A stretch of 63,860 nt of DNA, counting the filler, from Atractiella rhizophila (taxonomy: Eukaryota), in the NCBI GenBank assembly GCA_021432655.1. It is 4 parts of 4 records of this genome, joined end to end, with 100 filler letters (N's around TTAATTAATTAA, not from the genome) between each part and the next. Parts side by side here need not be neighbours in the genome. Positions count along the whole stretch, not along the records: positions 25,500 to 49,519 come from MU271364.1; positions 49,620 to 61,097 come from MU271369.1; 2 more parts are not named here. The stretch is one strand, 5' to 3'. Numbering within the stretch: position 1 is the stretch's first letter; every line of letters starts with the position of its first letter. This document shows positions 37,750 through 51,243 of this stretch, one piece after another. The notes under the pieces are model-generated. The model searched no databases and was not told the origin of the DNA. It saw only the letters and a program-made list of their open reading frames with translations. A program made the translations under genes and the position numbers.

Positions 37750-40408
37750 ATGTCAAAGGATACCCTGTCGCAGGACAAGTCCAGCGCTGAAGAGCAAACA
37801 AAAGCTCCAGTGAAGAAGCGGAGGAGTCAAAGCAAGGGAGGGGAACCCACTATGAGGTCAGTCAACCTTCGTTACTATATTCTTAAGTTTGTGACGTTTA
37901 CGAGACTGATGTTTTGCTGTTTAGTGCGTTTGCTAGCCTTGTCCGTCCGCAGTACATAATGCGTTTGATTAGGGCCGTCATGCAGTGTCTGCCGGGCCAA
38001 CAAGAGGAAGTGCGTCCGAGACGATGACCCTACTGGTGCCTGTCAAGGCTGTCGCAAAAAAGGACTCATGTATGTCCTCACTCTTCCATTCATGGTCCTT
38101 TAATCTGAGCTTGAATTGTATAATTTAGATGTACCTTCGAGCCAAGAAAACCTCGTCGAAAACCTTCCAAGCGAGATGAATTGACTTTGGCAGGAATGGG
38201 GCAGATGCAGCTGCCGTTTTCTAAGCCATATGCTGCTCCAGTACCAGGAGTGGATCATCAACTCATCGACCATCAGATAGCTGGATCTCTTATGCGGCAT
38301 CTAATAGAGGAGCACTTGAAGGCTAACCCTTTCAATATCGTCACCGACTGCGTCAATGGCGACCTTCTAGACCTTTTCGAGAAATCTGGCAGGGAAGGGA
38401 ACAAGATGTGGAAATTTGGAGAGGTGTGTCCATTCACTTTCCTACGATCCATCGCTTCATAGTCTCGACAAGGCTCTCCTCGCTACCGTGCTTGCCAGCG
38501 GCGCTCAATACTCCTGCCATGCGGCCATTCTTGGGATTCATCTGCCTCATGAACCACCACTTTCTGGCGACTTGTCGATGTATAGCCGTTCCCGAGAACC
38601 AACGATCCTCGCACTCACTCAGAGAGCTATGCAGCTCGTCGAGCAGACGGTGGCCCATGTATGTTACGAATCTGTGGTAGTTTTCATGGCCCTAGTCATC
38701 CTCTTATCAAGTACGTATTTCATTTACGTCTCCTTCTTCACCTCTACCGAACTGAACTGATTCTGCCTGCCATCAGCGAGCTTGCGTCAACGAGAGGCAG
38801 CGGCTGTCTTCCGTCGTGCATTGGAGCATTATCGACTTCTCATGCACACCTGTAAAACTCAAGAGGACAAACAATTGTTTCGTGATAAACTTGGAGCGTG
38901 GATTTGGGTTAGTGTGCTCTCTCTTTTTGAATGGATCCATGGTAATGCTCTCTAGATGAGCGATACCGGTCTTGCTCGATCTCTCAAAAGCGCACCTCTC
39001 ATGCAAGATAGCGACATCTTGGATACAGTCGTTCGCGGTCAAATTCCTCATGAGCTTTATCTCAGCGTGGACGAATTTCTAAATCAAGATCCTTGTGGAG
39101 AGCTTCCGGCCAGAGCTGAAATCTTGTCCATTGGTGGGAAAGCGTTCAACAGACTGGTTGCGCAAATTGTGTGGAATGCGCAACGAACCATACCAACCCA
39201 GGTGAGAGCAAGTTCCGCTGAGAGTTTGAAACGGGAGAGTTCAATTGAAACATAGGCGCTCGAGCTTTACAGAATCCTTCTTACCAAAATTGTGGCCCGT
39301 AAGTCATTACGTCAAATCGCGAGATCCAGAAGTTGATAGAGGTCGAATTAGGACACTCGTGGCTAAGTCGTCACCACCAACATTACCTTGCATCAGTTCC
39401 TCATATAGGTAAGGCTGCTTACCGCCTGACTCTCTAACTAATGTTTTACCCAGGGCCCGTTCACGCTGTCGATAACTCGTTCTGGGTTGTCAGTGATCGG
39501 TTGGTTCCTGTTACCCAACACAAAGTACTTGCTGAGCTGTTACCAGACTCGAATACTCGTTTCATCTTTTTGCTGCCATGGACAGACTAGAAGAGTACTG
39601 CTCTGCTCTACCCGATCCTACCGAATTTCAGCAGTTGTATCAAGAATATGCAGAGCTCGTCGAACAAGAGATTCTGCGTCTCGCGTCATGGTCGAAGAAG
39701 AATGTCATGGTCAGTGATACCTTGAACGGGTCCTGAATTATCACCGATCTCTTCCATAGGAGCCTCCGCCTTTGTCCTCAACATCTTCGGCCAAGCAGAT
39801 GTATTTGATCGCGACAATTTTTCAGTTTCTCCCTGGAGGTAAATATATTTCCATTTGAACTCACACTGATCACTGATCAAGAGGCGTAGGATTTCACTAC
39901 CTACCTTCATATCTGCATCGTCAAACCACGAAGGCAGGTTTACAGGAGAAGATTGATTCCATCGGCTGGTGATTTTTCGTTTTACATCAGGCCCTGTTCA
40001 TGGCTGACTCCTGCAACAGGATTCTGAAGGCACTCCAAGTTTGCAGTTTCTTCGACACCCGTCCTATCGAATGGGCACATCAACTACAGCTGGCTATTTC
40101 GCCTGTTCTCACACAGCCAAGCTGGGATCGCGCGGCCAGTTTCGTGTCTATGGATGGTGGTTTGCCGCATCACTTCTCTGACTCAAGTTCTGTCACAAGA
40201 GGTACGTCGTTTGTGCCTCCATTATAAGTTTAACTCTTGTCTTGCAGCTACCTCCTCGCCAGAGTCATTATCCTCACAGTTCGAACAGTTTACAAACGCC
40301 TTTCCGCAACACGAAAGCTTTGATACTGCTACATTTCCAATGATACCACCAACATTACCAGGAGGAGGAGATGCTTTTGATCAGCTCCTAAAAGATATTG
40401 TTCATTGA
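37750..40408 (+). CDS. Zn(II)2Cys6 fungal transcription factor, multi-exon
   Basis: ACSVCRANKRKCVRDDDPTGACQGCRKKGL/CTF binuclear cluster at ~37975-38135, followed by many GT-AG exons. Confidence 0.88.
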
Positions 40409-40627
40409 TTCACAGGGTTTATTTGCACATGGTTCTTGAAGTCTTATTTGCGCTTTGTATTCAAGCAGTGCTTGCAGTCTCTTCGAGGTGTTGTCTCCTT
40501 CAGTCTGAAGTCTTTTGTACAGTTCAGGACAGTGGTATCTTTGTCAAGGCTTGTTTTTCTAGGCATGGTCATCAGAGTTATGAAAGGCTGAATAATGATT
40601 GCTACAGACATTGGCATTGCTACAGTC

Positions 40628-43600
40628 CTACTGACACCACTGGGTGAAATCCTTGATTTTAATCAGCCCCGCCTCGGTTCTGTCGGTAACAGCTACTGGG
40701 ACTCCCTCTCCGGTTTCTGCCAGACTTCTCTCCTTGAGCCTCCTAATAAAGTTCAGTCGACTCCGCCAGGAAGAGACGTATTCGCTGTTGTGGCTTGATT
40801 CGAAGTAAATCTGTGAAAAAAGGCTCGCATGAAGGCTAAGTTGTCGTACTAAGTTGGCAAGTGATGAAGTTGAGACCATCTTGAAGTCGCCCAGTGGGCC
40901 CATCTCTGGCATATCGGGACGTCTCAACATTGTGACTTTGTAGAATTCCGTATTGCTGGTCATTCCGGGGATAGTCCAGGCTGCGCCAGCGGGTGTATGG
41001 GGCTCAATGACGATATTTACATACGTGAACTGTGTGGATATGGTGTCAAACAGGAATTCCTGTCCAGATTCATTGAAGATGATGTTGACATAATCGTTGC
41101 CGACGTGCTTTTTCTTGTGTATGCAGAGAGGATCTTGTTCTGGAGGAAGAGTAGGCATGAGAGTAGGGATGTGAAAGACGATCTGGGTGAGTTGATCCTG
41201 CCAAACGAAAGTCCATTTGCCGTCCAAGTCATTCTGGGTGTCAAGACCTCCAACATCCAAACCGTGGGTGCCCTTCAACCTCAATAAACTCCCTAATCCT
41301 GAAAGAAATTGCACAAATTTTTTGGATCCAGCTGTATTCCTTAGAATTTCCGTTTCCCGGCTCTGCTTTGGAGCGACATAGATAACCCCAATTTTGTGGG
41401 CGTCAACAACTTGCATAAAATCCATAGTCTGCACGCGTTGTTCTTGGGAAGGGGTGAGGGGAACTGGGGATTGCTGATTGTTGAGGTCGGGAAAGCCAGA
41501 CATCTGCAGGAGGAAGAAAGGGGGCTCCAGCCCATACTCTTGAGCTCGTTCACTTTTAGCAAACGGTTTGCAAGACTCCACTAGATCACGAAGAAATTCT
41601 TCCTCCCCATCGGCCTGTGAGTTTCGAGAGACAATAGGATTCGGCGGAGATGACGAAAGGCTCCCGACTGCCACAGTATTCGATCGTGCCCGACGTTTGA
41701 GAAATGGCTTTTCAACCTCTGCTGACGTCAGTTTTGTTGCTAAGCGCTGCTCCCGCAGAAATCGGTCGACAGCATCTCGATCAGGCTCATCCAATGGTCC
41801 ACTGATGTTTTGAGTCTCACAAAGAAAAGAAACTTTGCCGGACGCTCTCCGAACGACAATCTGCGTCCAAGCCGCTCGAGGCAGACTGGCAACAGAGATG
41901 ACGGAGTGACCAATGACCCAGGATTTAGTGGGAAGGTCTTGCAGACCCGCATTGGGCAGAGGATCAGAGAAGAAGAGTCGATCAAACGCCGAAATAGTGG
42001 GCCGTGGTTCAGCATTGGCGTAGGCATATCGGGCCAACATGTCAAGACAAACTTCGGTCGCATCGTCTAAAGTTGTATATCCAGCATCGAAAGTGGCAGT
42101 GACGAGCCGCTCAGTGATAAAGGAGACATACTTCTTCCGCTCTGGCAACCTAATCGCCAGATACCAAACCGCAATGAGGTAGTATGCGAGGAGGAGGACA
42201 TATTGTTGGAAGGCATAAGTTGTACCCCCTGCAGGAGCCCCTGCCTCGACATCCCCCGTCTTGTGTTGGGCAATGTACTTCAGCGAGATGGCGAAAACGG
42301 TACGGAAATCCTCGTCTGTAAAATTTACATGGAGTTTGGACACCTGAGCGATCGAGGCAATGAGTTCAAGGACATGTACGGCGACCTCCGACATAGAAAT
42401 GATCTTCGAGAGTGCTTGTAGGATTTCGGGAAGTGACTTCGTCATCGCTTGATCCAAATCATAGCACGAAATAGCCAAAGCGTGAATACACGGCTTTGCA
42501 GTCTCTTTGTACTTGCTAAGACCGTGTACGAAAGTCTGCACCGTCTCTTGCTTCGCAGATTGACTGAAAATTCCGGGGTAAGCAAGAAGGGTCACCAAAG
42601 TCTGGTAAGCTACGGAATACACCTCTGCGCGCTTGACGTTTCTAGGTAGAAGGACGTTCGCTTGGAGAGTTTCTCGTTGAAGGCCGTCACAGAGAGTTTT
42701 GCGAAGAAAGTTGAGCTGCTGAGAGGCGCGAGGTCCTGCTGAAAAGTGCTTATTCGCCAACTGCTGAGGCAAATAGCAAAGGATATAAGAGATCAGTTCC
42801 CAGCTCGTCTCGTACCGCAACATTCGGATCAAAACTTGAAAGTGATCAGAAGTGGGAAGGATAACGTATTTGCTGATTACTCCTTCGGATTGTGGTGCCA
42901 GGCTCTGATCCGTAATGACATCGCTCTCAATCCCGCTCACTTCTCTCTCTGCATCCGTCTGGTTCTCATCGTAATCGGACATGAGTTCTGTGTCCAAGGA
43001 CACGAGACCGCACTCTCCAACAGGTCTGGGGTCAAGGGAGGCTTCCGTAGGGATGACAAAAGGTAAGACATCGGGAATGGTCCACAGCTGAGGATGCTCA
43101 AGACTTGTCTGCAATCGGACGCGGCTAGGGCTGCGTTCGTTCCGTGGGGTTCTACTAGAGCTTCGCTCTCTAGACGTCCGCGATGACTGACGTGAAGGCG
43201 AATTGCCAGGAGATCGAACTCGACCACGACTCTCACTGTCTTCTCTATCTCGCTCCAAAGATGAACTGAGAGCTACCTCAGCGACTGACTGTGGTGCGGT
43301 ACGTCGAAGCTGCTCAGCAAGACCGAAGACATCTACCTCTTGAACGAAATAGATCCGATGATCAGGTCCAGCGCGAAGGCGCATGAGCCACTGCAAAATA
43401 ACCAGCCTTGCGCGGACAGGAACAGGATGCTGTTTTGTAATCTGGCCATCTTTCCCATCAGGTAGACTGTCAGCATCCGTCGATTGCGCCGGGAAGAGGA
43501 GCTCGATTAGGTCCCTGTTTTATGATTAGTGCTCGGCTATGCCAAAACCTTGGGCTTACCTGAAGATGTGGACACATCGGACCAGAGATGGTCGCGATGA

Positions 43601-46600
43601 CTGGTCCAGAGCAATGTGGAAAAGAGAGACGAGAGCACCCATAGCTAAGACAGGAATGTCTGCACCATCTCCAGTTGATTGATCGCTCAGACGGAGTGGT
43701 GAGGTTAACGTGTAAGGTGCTTTAAGATTGGCTGTTGACGCTTCCTTCGGATTTCTCAACATCGATAATCCCATCCCTCGCCTCTGGCCCTTAGCAATCG
43801 ATGGCGGAAGCTCACGCCTCTGAGCAATCTCGGGTGCTTTTGTAAGTTCGAGAAAAAGGGACTTCAACCGTTCGAAAAAATCTCTGTTCCCGGACGAGGA
43901 GTGTATTGGCATCTCAAGCTTGAACCAAGCTTGCGCGAGGCTAACCAGGAGCATGAGAGCATCTTCAGCCACTTCAGCTTCCGTTTCTACAGGAAGTGTC
44001 TGCTCCAGCAAAGGAATAATGACTCTCATTGTCAAAAGATCCCGGTAGGTTTCCATCTCCGTAATGTCCATATGCAGCTGCTTCAGAATAGCCAACATCT
44101 TTCGTCGCACCGAAGTGGGAATCTTCTGTATCGTTGAGCTTTTGGACTTCTTGAAGAGCACGCTATGGGAGGCAGATGCGTAGGGCTCAACATAAAAGGC
44201 TGTTAGGGCTTCGTGAAGCTTTTGTAGCCAGTCCTCTTCGGCGGGATAAAAGAGCAGATCGCGCTGGCATTGATCAAGGAAAGGGATAATGGTCATCTCG
44301 GAGAGATGAGGCGCTAGCCTAGTCAGGAGCTCGAAGAGATGATCCACAGGTCCGGAAAAGCTGTGGGTACGGAGGACGAGTACCAGACGGTGGAAGACGG
44401 CATCATATGCCGATATCAACTGCGTCAAAGAATCGCTTTTCTTGACAATGACGTTGTCTGTTTCCTCGAAGGAGTTGACTGAAGGTGACTTGATAGGGTC
44501 CAGTTGACGATAGCTTTCTAAATCGGCTTGTTCTTCCTGTTAGCCTTCCAGTCAAAACTAAGAAGTGAAAACGTACCGGGTCCTGCTATCTTAAACATGA
44601 AAGGTTTACGAGTGATCTCTTCATATGATTTGATGGACGGGGTAGCAGCGCTGAGAACTTCGAAAGTAATGTTCCAATCGGAGAGATGAGGCGCTAGCCT
44701 AGTCAGGAGCTCGAAGAGATGATCCACAGGTCCGGAAAAGCTGTGGGTACGGAGGACGAGTACCAGACGGTGGAAGACGGCATCATATGCTGATATCAAC
44801 TGCGTCAAAGAATCGCTTTTCTTGACAATGACGTTGTCTGTTTCCTCGAAGGAGTTGACTGAAGGTGACTTGATAGGGTCCAGTTGACGATAGCTTTCTA
44901 AATCGGCTTGTTCTTCCTGTTAGCCTTCCAGTCAAAACTAAGAAGTGAAAACGTACCGGGTCCTGCTATCTTAAACATGAAAGGTTTACGAGTGATCTCT
45001 TCATATGATTTGATGGACGGGGTAGCAGCGCTGAGAACTTCGAAAGTAATGTTCCACTCTTCAAACGAAATATCGTTTCGGTCATCCACAGAATCCCTTG
45101 TGCTTCGGCGGGAGAATGTCGCGCTGGTATTGCGACGTGAATAGCTTCCCGTAGTATCGGTCGCGCTCCCTCTTCGATTTTCGAACAGATCGTACTCCTC
45201 CTCATAATCCTCCAACCCTTCCTCAAGAATGGCGTTCTTCAGATCCATTTCCCAAGATTTCTGAATTTTATCAACCAAAGAAATGACTTCCGCATCCACA
45301 TCCTGGTTCTTCCATCCCATTGCTGCCTTCAAATTTTGATAAAGAAATGAACGGAGTGATCTGTGCAAAATTGGTGGCCATTTAGCCGTGACCTTGATAA
45401 CTGTCGTGGGATCCTCTGGGACAGATGCATGATCTTCATCGTATCGCCGAATGGCGAAGCTTAGACTACGTAGAGATCCAACAAGGAGAAGAACATCGCA
45501 GCCTTTCTCTTTCTCTTCTTCCGATGGGGGAGATGTGAACTTTCGGAGGCACCGCAGCGCTTGATTCCCTGGAGAGATGAGAAGTCTTTCCATGGCGTAG
45601 TAGGCACGATCTTGTAGCCGATGGAACAGGTCTAAGAACTGCTTTCGTTGTTCTGGTCCAAAAAGGCCGCTGGTAGTGTCAAAGTCTGCTAGAACTAGAG
45701 CTCGATGTTTGAGCCCAATAATCTTCGCAACGATGGAGACGACAGTGGGAAGAAAAGTGGCGGGTACTTCAGCAATTTCGACAACCATGGCAACATGATC
45801 AAGGAAAGCGAAGAGGTCATCTTCTGACGTGGTACGGAAACAAAGGTCGATGAAGGTCTGGAATGTGCCTTCAATAACTTGAGGACTGAGTTTGAACATG
45901 GAGAAGCGATGTACATTGGTGAGCAACTGGAAAGCGCTTAGGTGACAGGACGAGGTCGTGCTACAATGGACGTGGAGAGGGGTGTCTAGCTTGGGGTCCG
46001 ATAGTGTGCCAATGGTGTCTTCGAATTCTCCCATTCTAGCCCTGATCCAATGAAGCAACAACTCGCACACTTCCTCGAGTTCATCGATATCTCGCCCATC
46101 CTGGGTTAGGGCCGCAAGACAGTCAACGAGTGCCTGTACTTCTCGTGGCGCTAGGACCACAGCTCTCTCCTTCCCTTCTCGGATGGTAACGGCGCTCCCG
46201 TTTCCCTCCCCCCAATAGTTGCGAATATCGTGATAATACGCTAATCGACTGGCGGTCGAGGCAGCGAGTGTGCTATCCCTAGAGTCTTCTACTATCGCTG
46301 GACGGAACGTTGTGGCTTTGATACACGATCGCATAAGTTGAAGACCCGCCTGCCGGAATATTGTAGGTTGTGATGGCTCGATGAGGTAAGCAAGTGATCT
46401 CCAAATGGCATGTGCGTCAGGGTAGGAAGCAGGAGGGCTAGGTTTCGGGGAAGGAGATGGGAGTGGGATCTTTGCACGCAAAGTTGTCGGCGTTGTCGGT
46501 TCACTCGAGTCTGAACCTCCGGACGAAGATGAGAAGGACACGTCCAGAGGGTCAGGAGAGTGGACCATAGCAAAGTAGTCCTTGGACGCATGCTGGACCA

Positions 46601-47261
46601 CAGATCTCGCCAATTGATTAATAACGCTGATTTTCGCTTCAGTGCCTTCTTGCTTGTTCAGCTCTTCAATCAATATTGCAGGAGATGGAAGCAGATCTGA
46701 TTCAGGTGGGGTTGGACGAGATCCAGAAGGAAGTCGAGAACTAGAGGACGGCTGTCTGAACCAAGAGCTTGTCGACGAAGATGAGGCGGGAGAAAGTGGT
46801 TCTGCTGCAGAGACGCGTCTTGGGAACTTTGGCTTTCCGGACAAAACGGCCGCCACTTCCTCTCTCATCCGACTGAAAGCACCACTCTTCTGCACCTTCG
46901 AGGTCGATGGACTCTCTTGTCCAAGAATATGAGTCAATAAGGCCTGGCTCTGCGTGCGCTGAGAACTTGTTGATCGTTCTCTCGAAGACGACCGCATGCG
47001 AGCGCGGCCACGCGAGGATTCGTCCATGCTACTGCTCGAGTTGAAGCCGACAACACTACGCTTTACTGTCACGCTGCCACTACCAGAGGAGCTGGGCATG
47101 GTCATGAGACTTGTCGAGCTGCGCGGTCGGACGGTCTGCAGAATAGTGCTTAGACGCGCTTGGTTGCTCGTACTTCCACCACTCGAAGAGGGATTGGGGA
47201 CGGGGTTTGTGAGAGGAGGCGGGCGCTGGACAGGTGTAGCCTCTTCATTTTCGACGGTCAT
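40628..47261 (-). CDS. TSC2: Tuberin (TSC2) with C-terminal Rap/Rheb-GAP domain
   Basis: Tuberin region (ETSWELISYILCYLPQQLANKHF, AKPCIHALAIS, HVLELIASI, EVCLDMLARY) and GAP domain (VDAHKIGVIYV, GGLD, QIVFHIPTLMP, KKKHVGNDYVNIIFNESG). Confidence 0.95.
44298..45056. repeat. Intragenic tandem duplication in TSC2 (379 bp x2, period 380)
   Basis: 44298-44676 versus 44678-45056; one substitution seen (44411 C vs 44791 T); single A between the copies. Confidence 0.95.
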
Positions 47262-48636
47262 TGTCGTTGTATACAAGCCTGATAGGAAAGTGAGGGTTGT
47301 CACGGAGACGCGTTTGTAGAGATAAACATACTGATCCTCAGTGAGATCCCTAAAGTTTTTTTTACCGTATGAAGCTGATTTATTCACAACTACAAACCAC
47401 AGGTTAGTACTCGAAACTTGTACTCTTAAATATCGACAAGACGGGGAATCGTCGTATCCCTTTGTTCAATACTTCGTTGATAATCCTCAGCCAGCAAGCG
47501 GGATAGATGAAGGTCATTGATGTAGCATGAAACTAGCCTCCGAAGTACTTGTGGCTCTGTATCCAGTTTTCACGCGACAGGCCGCTCTGTACCAAGCAAT
47601 TTTATGGATCGTTATTTGGTTTATATACCGCGTTGGTTGGAAGCGAATGATCCCCATTGAGACCTATGAAAGGACTAGGGAGTGAGGTTCGCATGTACGG
47701 GCGAAGTGAATGAACCAAGTCAGTGGAGGAGTTTGCTCCCGGTCCACCAAACATAATTTATGGCAAGTGCAATGAGCTAAGTCCATTTAGAACGTTATTT
47801 CCAGTTAAAAACAACAAATGCCAAGCATTGGAATGGACGCTCACAACCACATCACGAGCAGAATGTGGCTACAAATGTCATGGGTGTACCTCACGACAAG
47901 GTTATTCTTGGCCATCTCAAGACAAGAAGCGTTACCCCATATCTCCTCAAATGAAAGCTCACCTGAAGAATATGTATCCACGATGTACCTAAAGCACCTA
48001 AAGCTATTCCACAAACCCCCTTTCCTCTTTGGTCTGAAAGATGCACAACTCTCCTATCCACACCACAAAGCGTACTTTACAGACTATAGGGCTAAAAAGT
48101 TGAGTCGAATGGAGCTGATAAAAGTCTGAACGGCTTGAATGAGGACTATGTCAGCGGTTGCAGTGTCGACAGCAGAGGGACAACCCACAGGTACAAGAGC
48201 TATTCCTCAGTCTCTGGAATTAATGTTGGTGCTAATGTATATCTCGAGAGCGGGTTATTAGCTGCACTACCGTTATTTCAGATTGGTGTGACCTGTGAGT
48301 CGAGGATATCCACAGGTTACGAGTTGGAACGGCTGGGAGGCGAATTGTTGAAATTCAATCAAACCTTATCGATTATGGACATCGATCAGGTTGTTGCAAC
48401 AAAGAATGAAGAAGAATTGCTGTAGAGAACTTATACAACGACTTCTGCCACCAGTTCTGCTCCAATCTCTGCCCTTGGTGAGTACTCGATGCAAAAATAA
48501 ATTGTGCAAGGTGAGTGATTTTATATTTACCAGGCATCCATCTATCAACATTCGACCCACTGCTGCGACGAAAGGCAAACTTCGCGACCCTTCAACTCTC
48601 GATCACTGCCATATTGCGTAAAGGAGCGCAACGAAC

Positions 48637-49519
48637 ATGTCTTACCCGGAACACCCAACGAATCCCTACCGTCTTCCACCAGAGTCTGCAAATGGTCCCA
48701 CTCCAGTACACTACGATCTCGGGATCAAGACAGATTTGACTGCTCTCATCTTTTCCGGGTTTGTATCCATTGACATCCATATTCCTGTATCCGTTCAACA
48801 AATTGTGCTCCACGTTGGGAAGGAGCTGAAGATCTTTGAGGATTCGATTGCGCTCGCGAGAACGGATAGAAAGACTGAAAGTATCTTGAGGGACGGGAGG
48901 AGCAGCTATGAGGAAGAGAAGGAGTTGCTGACGGTATGGTTTGGAGGGAAGGAGAGAGAGCACGGATTGGCCCTGGAAGAAGGGACGGTCAAACTTGCGA
49001 TGGCATTTGAGGCGGGAATCAGAGAAACGATGTCGGGTGCGTCTCAGTCTGCATGACCTTGTTGAACATACGCTCATGCGAGGGAAGCAGGCTATTATCG
49101 ATCTCCGTACGGCTCTGGAGAAAACAAAGAGAATAAATTCTATGCTGTTACGCAATTTGAACCAGTGCATGCAAGAGCCGCCTTCGTTCGCCTTCCTTTT
49201 CTACTTTATGATGATTGAAGAAGTATCACAGCCTTGCTTTGATGAACCAAATTTCAAAGCTACTTTCTCTATTACCATGATCTCCCGAGCCGGCACAACG
49301 TCTTTGAGCAACATGCCCGTCAAAACAACCAAACCGTGCCCAACGGGCTTGTTCGATGGATCAGATGTCCTGCCGGCGAAAGCTTTTGACAGTTTCAGCA
49401 AACCCGAAGGTGAGAATCAATGGGAGATCATCGAATTCGAGGAGACGCCAAAGATGTCCACTTACCTCGTCGCTTACGCCAATGGGAACTTCGCGTCAGG
49501 CCTTCTTTTTCCTGTTAAT
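48637..49519 (+). CDS. M1-family aminopeptidase (Ape2/puromycin-sensitive type), N-terminal part, truncated at contig end
   Basis: YRLP...PVHYDL, GYYRS, YAVTQFEPVHARAAF/PCFDEPNFKATF, SLSNMP, FEETPKMSTYLVA. Confidence 0.92.
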
Positions 49520-49619
49520 NNNNNNNNNNNNNNNNNNNNNNNNNNNNNNNNNNNNNNNNNNNNTTAATTAATTAANNNNNNNNNNNNNNNNNNNNNNNNN
49601 NNNNNNNNNNNNNNNNNNN
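49520..49619. other. Artificial contig spacer
   Basis: N run + TTAATTAATTAA + N run. Confidence 0.97.
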
Positions 49620-51174
49620 GGTTCTTGGGACTCAGTTCGCTATTCGCAAACGATTTCAACCCGCTTGAGGATGTATACCTTCAAACTAAGTTGTAACTGT
49701 AGAAGAACCTGTCCATGAGAGAAATAGTCTTATTGTTATTTATCAAATTCTAAGTCCGCTCCCTATGTTCCCGGGAAAAAGTAAAAGAAAGTTATGGGCT
49801 GCCGTCTATATCATCATGCTACCGCTCATATCTGTACCCTCCTAACCAAACGGTTTGCGGAACGTTGCTAATGAAGAAGACAAGGTGTTGGAGATTCTAT
49901 ACTTAATAGTGAGTCAGTTCCGCAATAACGAAATCTCGCGAGTCTACAGTGGCAGTGTCGACCACCAGACGAACGCTTGCGTCAAGGCTTCGATCTGACC
50001 GGACAATTTAGTAAGCCGGATGGTCCTTACGTCTAAGTAAGAGTGACCGCGGTTGACAACCGCAACCACGGCAGGTGAGCTTGCTCTCGCGTATGGAGGA
50101 ATTGTTCGGTCGTTCACAAAGGAGGATTTGTCATAGTGAGAAAAAACGCGTATTGAGAGTTACCGTGGTAGAACCCCCGTTGGAGGCAGGAGACGGTTAA
50201 GAGAGGAGTATGGAGTATTTGTTTCAGTAGTTTTCCATAACCTTGTGCATCCCCAGAAGAGGAACAACGAAAAGCCGTTTTGACATACATCTAATGAAAC
50301 CTAACCGATCTTGATGAGAGAGACGTTATGTACGCCTTCAGAAAAATATTCTTTAGATTTGTTCTCTGTTGTTGACTCTCTGAACTAGATAGATCTTTAT
50401 CTCTTGGTTCTCCTCCCGGCCCGTTGTTGTTCTCCAACTTTCCCTTATCTCCCCTAGTCTCGCCCTTGCACGCTTCTGGTGCGCTACCACGGCGGGGGCC
50501 TTCTCCAGATGATTCCCAACGTCATAGAAGGTATTTCCATAGAAAGGTAGAGCAACACACTCTTGCACTCTTACATTCATTCTACGCTAACTCAGTGATG
50601 TGGGATAGAATCTACTTTGTGGCTTATGTGCAATAAGTGCCAACCAGAAAGATAGGAGGCAGTTATTACTTTGGGTTTCCAAGCCTGCGCAGTATTAGTA
50701 TGCTGTTTGTGTAATTGATTGGCTGCTGGCAGATAAACACTTGGCTTCTTTCTGACATGAATCAGGGCAGATTTTTCTTCCATGGTACTAGATCAGCTCA
50801 GCACTTCAGTGTTTTATAGCCAGCCATTCGCCGGAGAATCGGTAGCAGAATATCGTCGCCTTTCCTCGGGCAGGATATGATACTTCGGTTCAACCTTTCA
50901 GACATCAGTCCAACCCTAGAATATCTGTACTGTGTTCTTCTTCCTTGTTCTTGCCGTTTCTTACTTGTTCAAAGAGAATAGACATCCTTCCATGTGTCCC
51001 GATGAGGATCTCGAGCCACAGCCGAGGTATCAGTTGCCTGTTACCGTTCCCCGAGATGCCCAAGCTCCACTCCGTACAGCTTGAGACGCCACTCGGTTTG
51101 CCAATGCAGCGGGCATCTCGGATGAGCCAGCTAGCCCTTAGACTTGGAGTTGCAAGGGTGTGACTCTAGCTGAG

Positions 51175-51183
51175 ATATAAAAG
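51175..51183 (+). promoter_or_regulatory. Candidate TATA box of the aldo-keto reductase gene
   Basis: TATAAAA about 65 bp upstream of the ATG at 51244. Confidence 0.45.
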
Positions 51184-51243
51184 CTCGACTGGAACGCTCC
51201 TGCTAAACTCAGAATCAGCAAACACGATTATATTGTCAAAGAG

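Noticed and set aside
47700..48620. Short plus-strand ORFs between TSC2 and the aminopeptidase
   Set aside because: No recognisable motifs or consistent exon structure.
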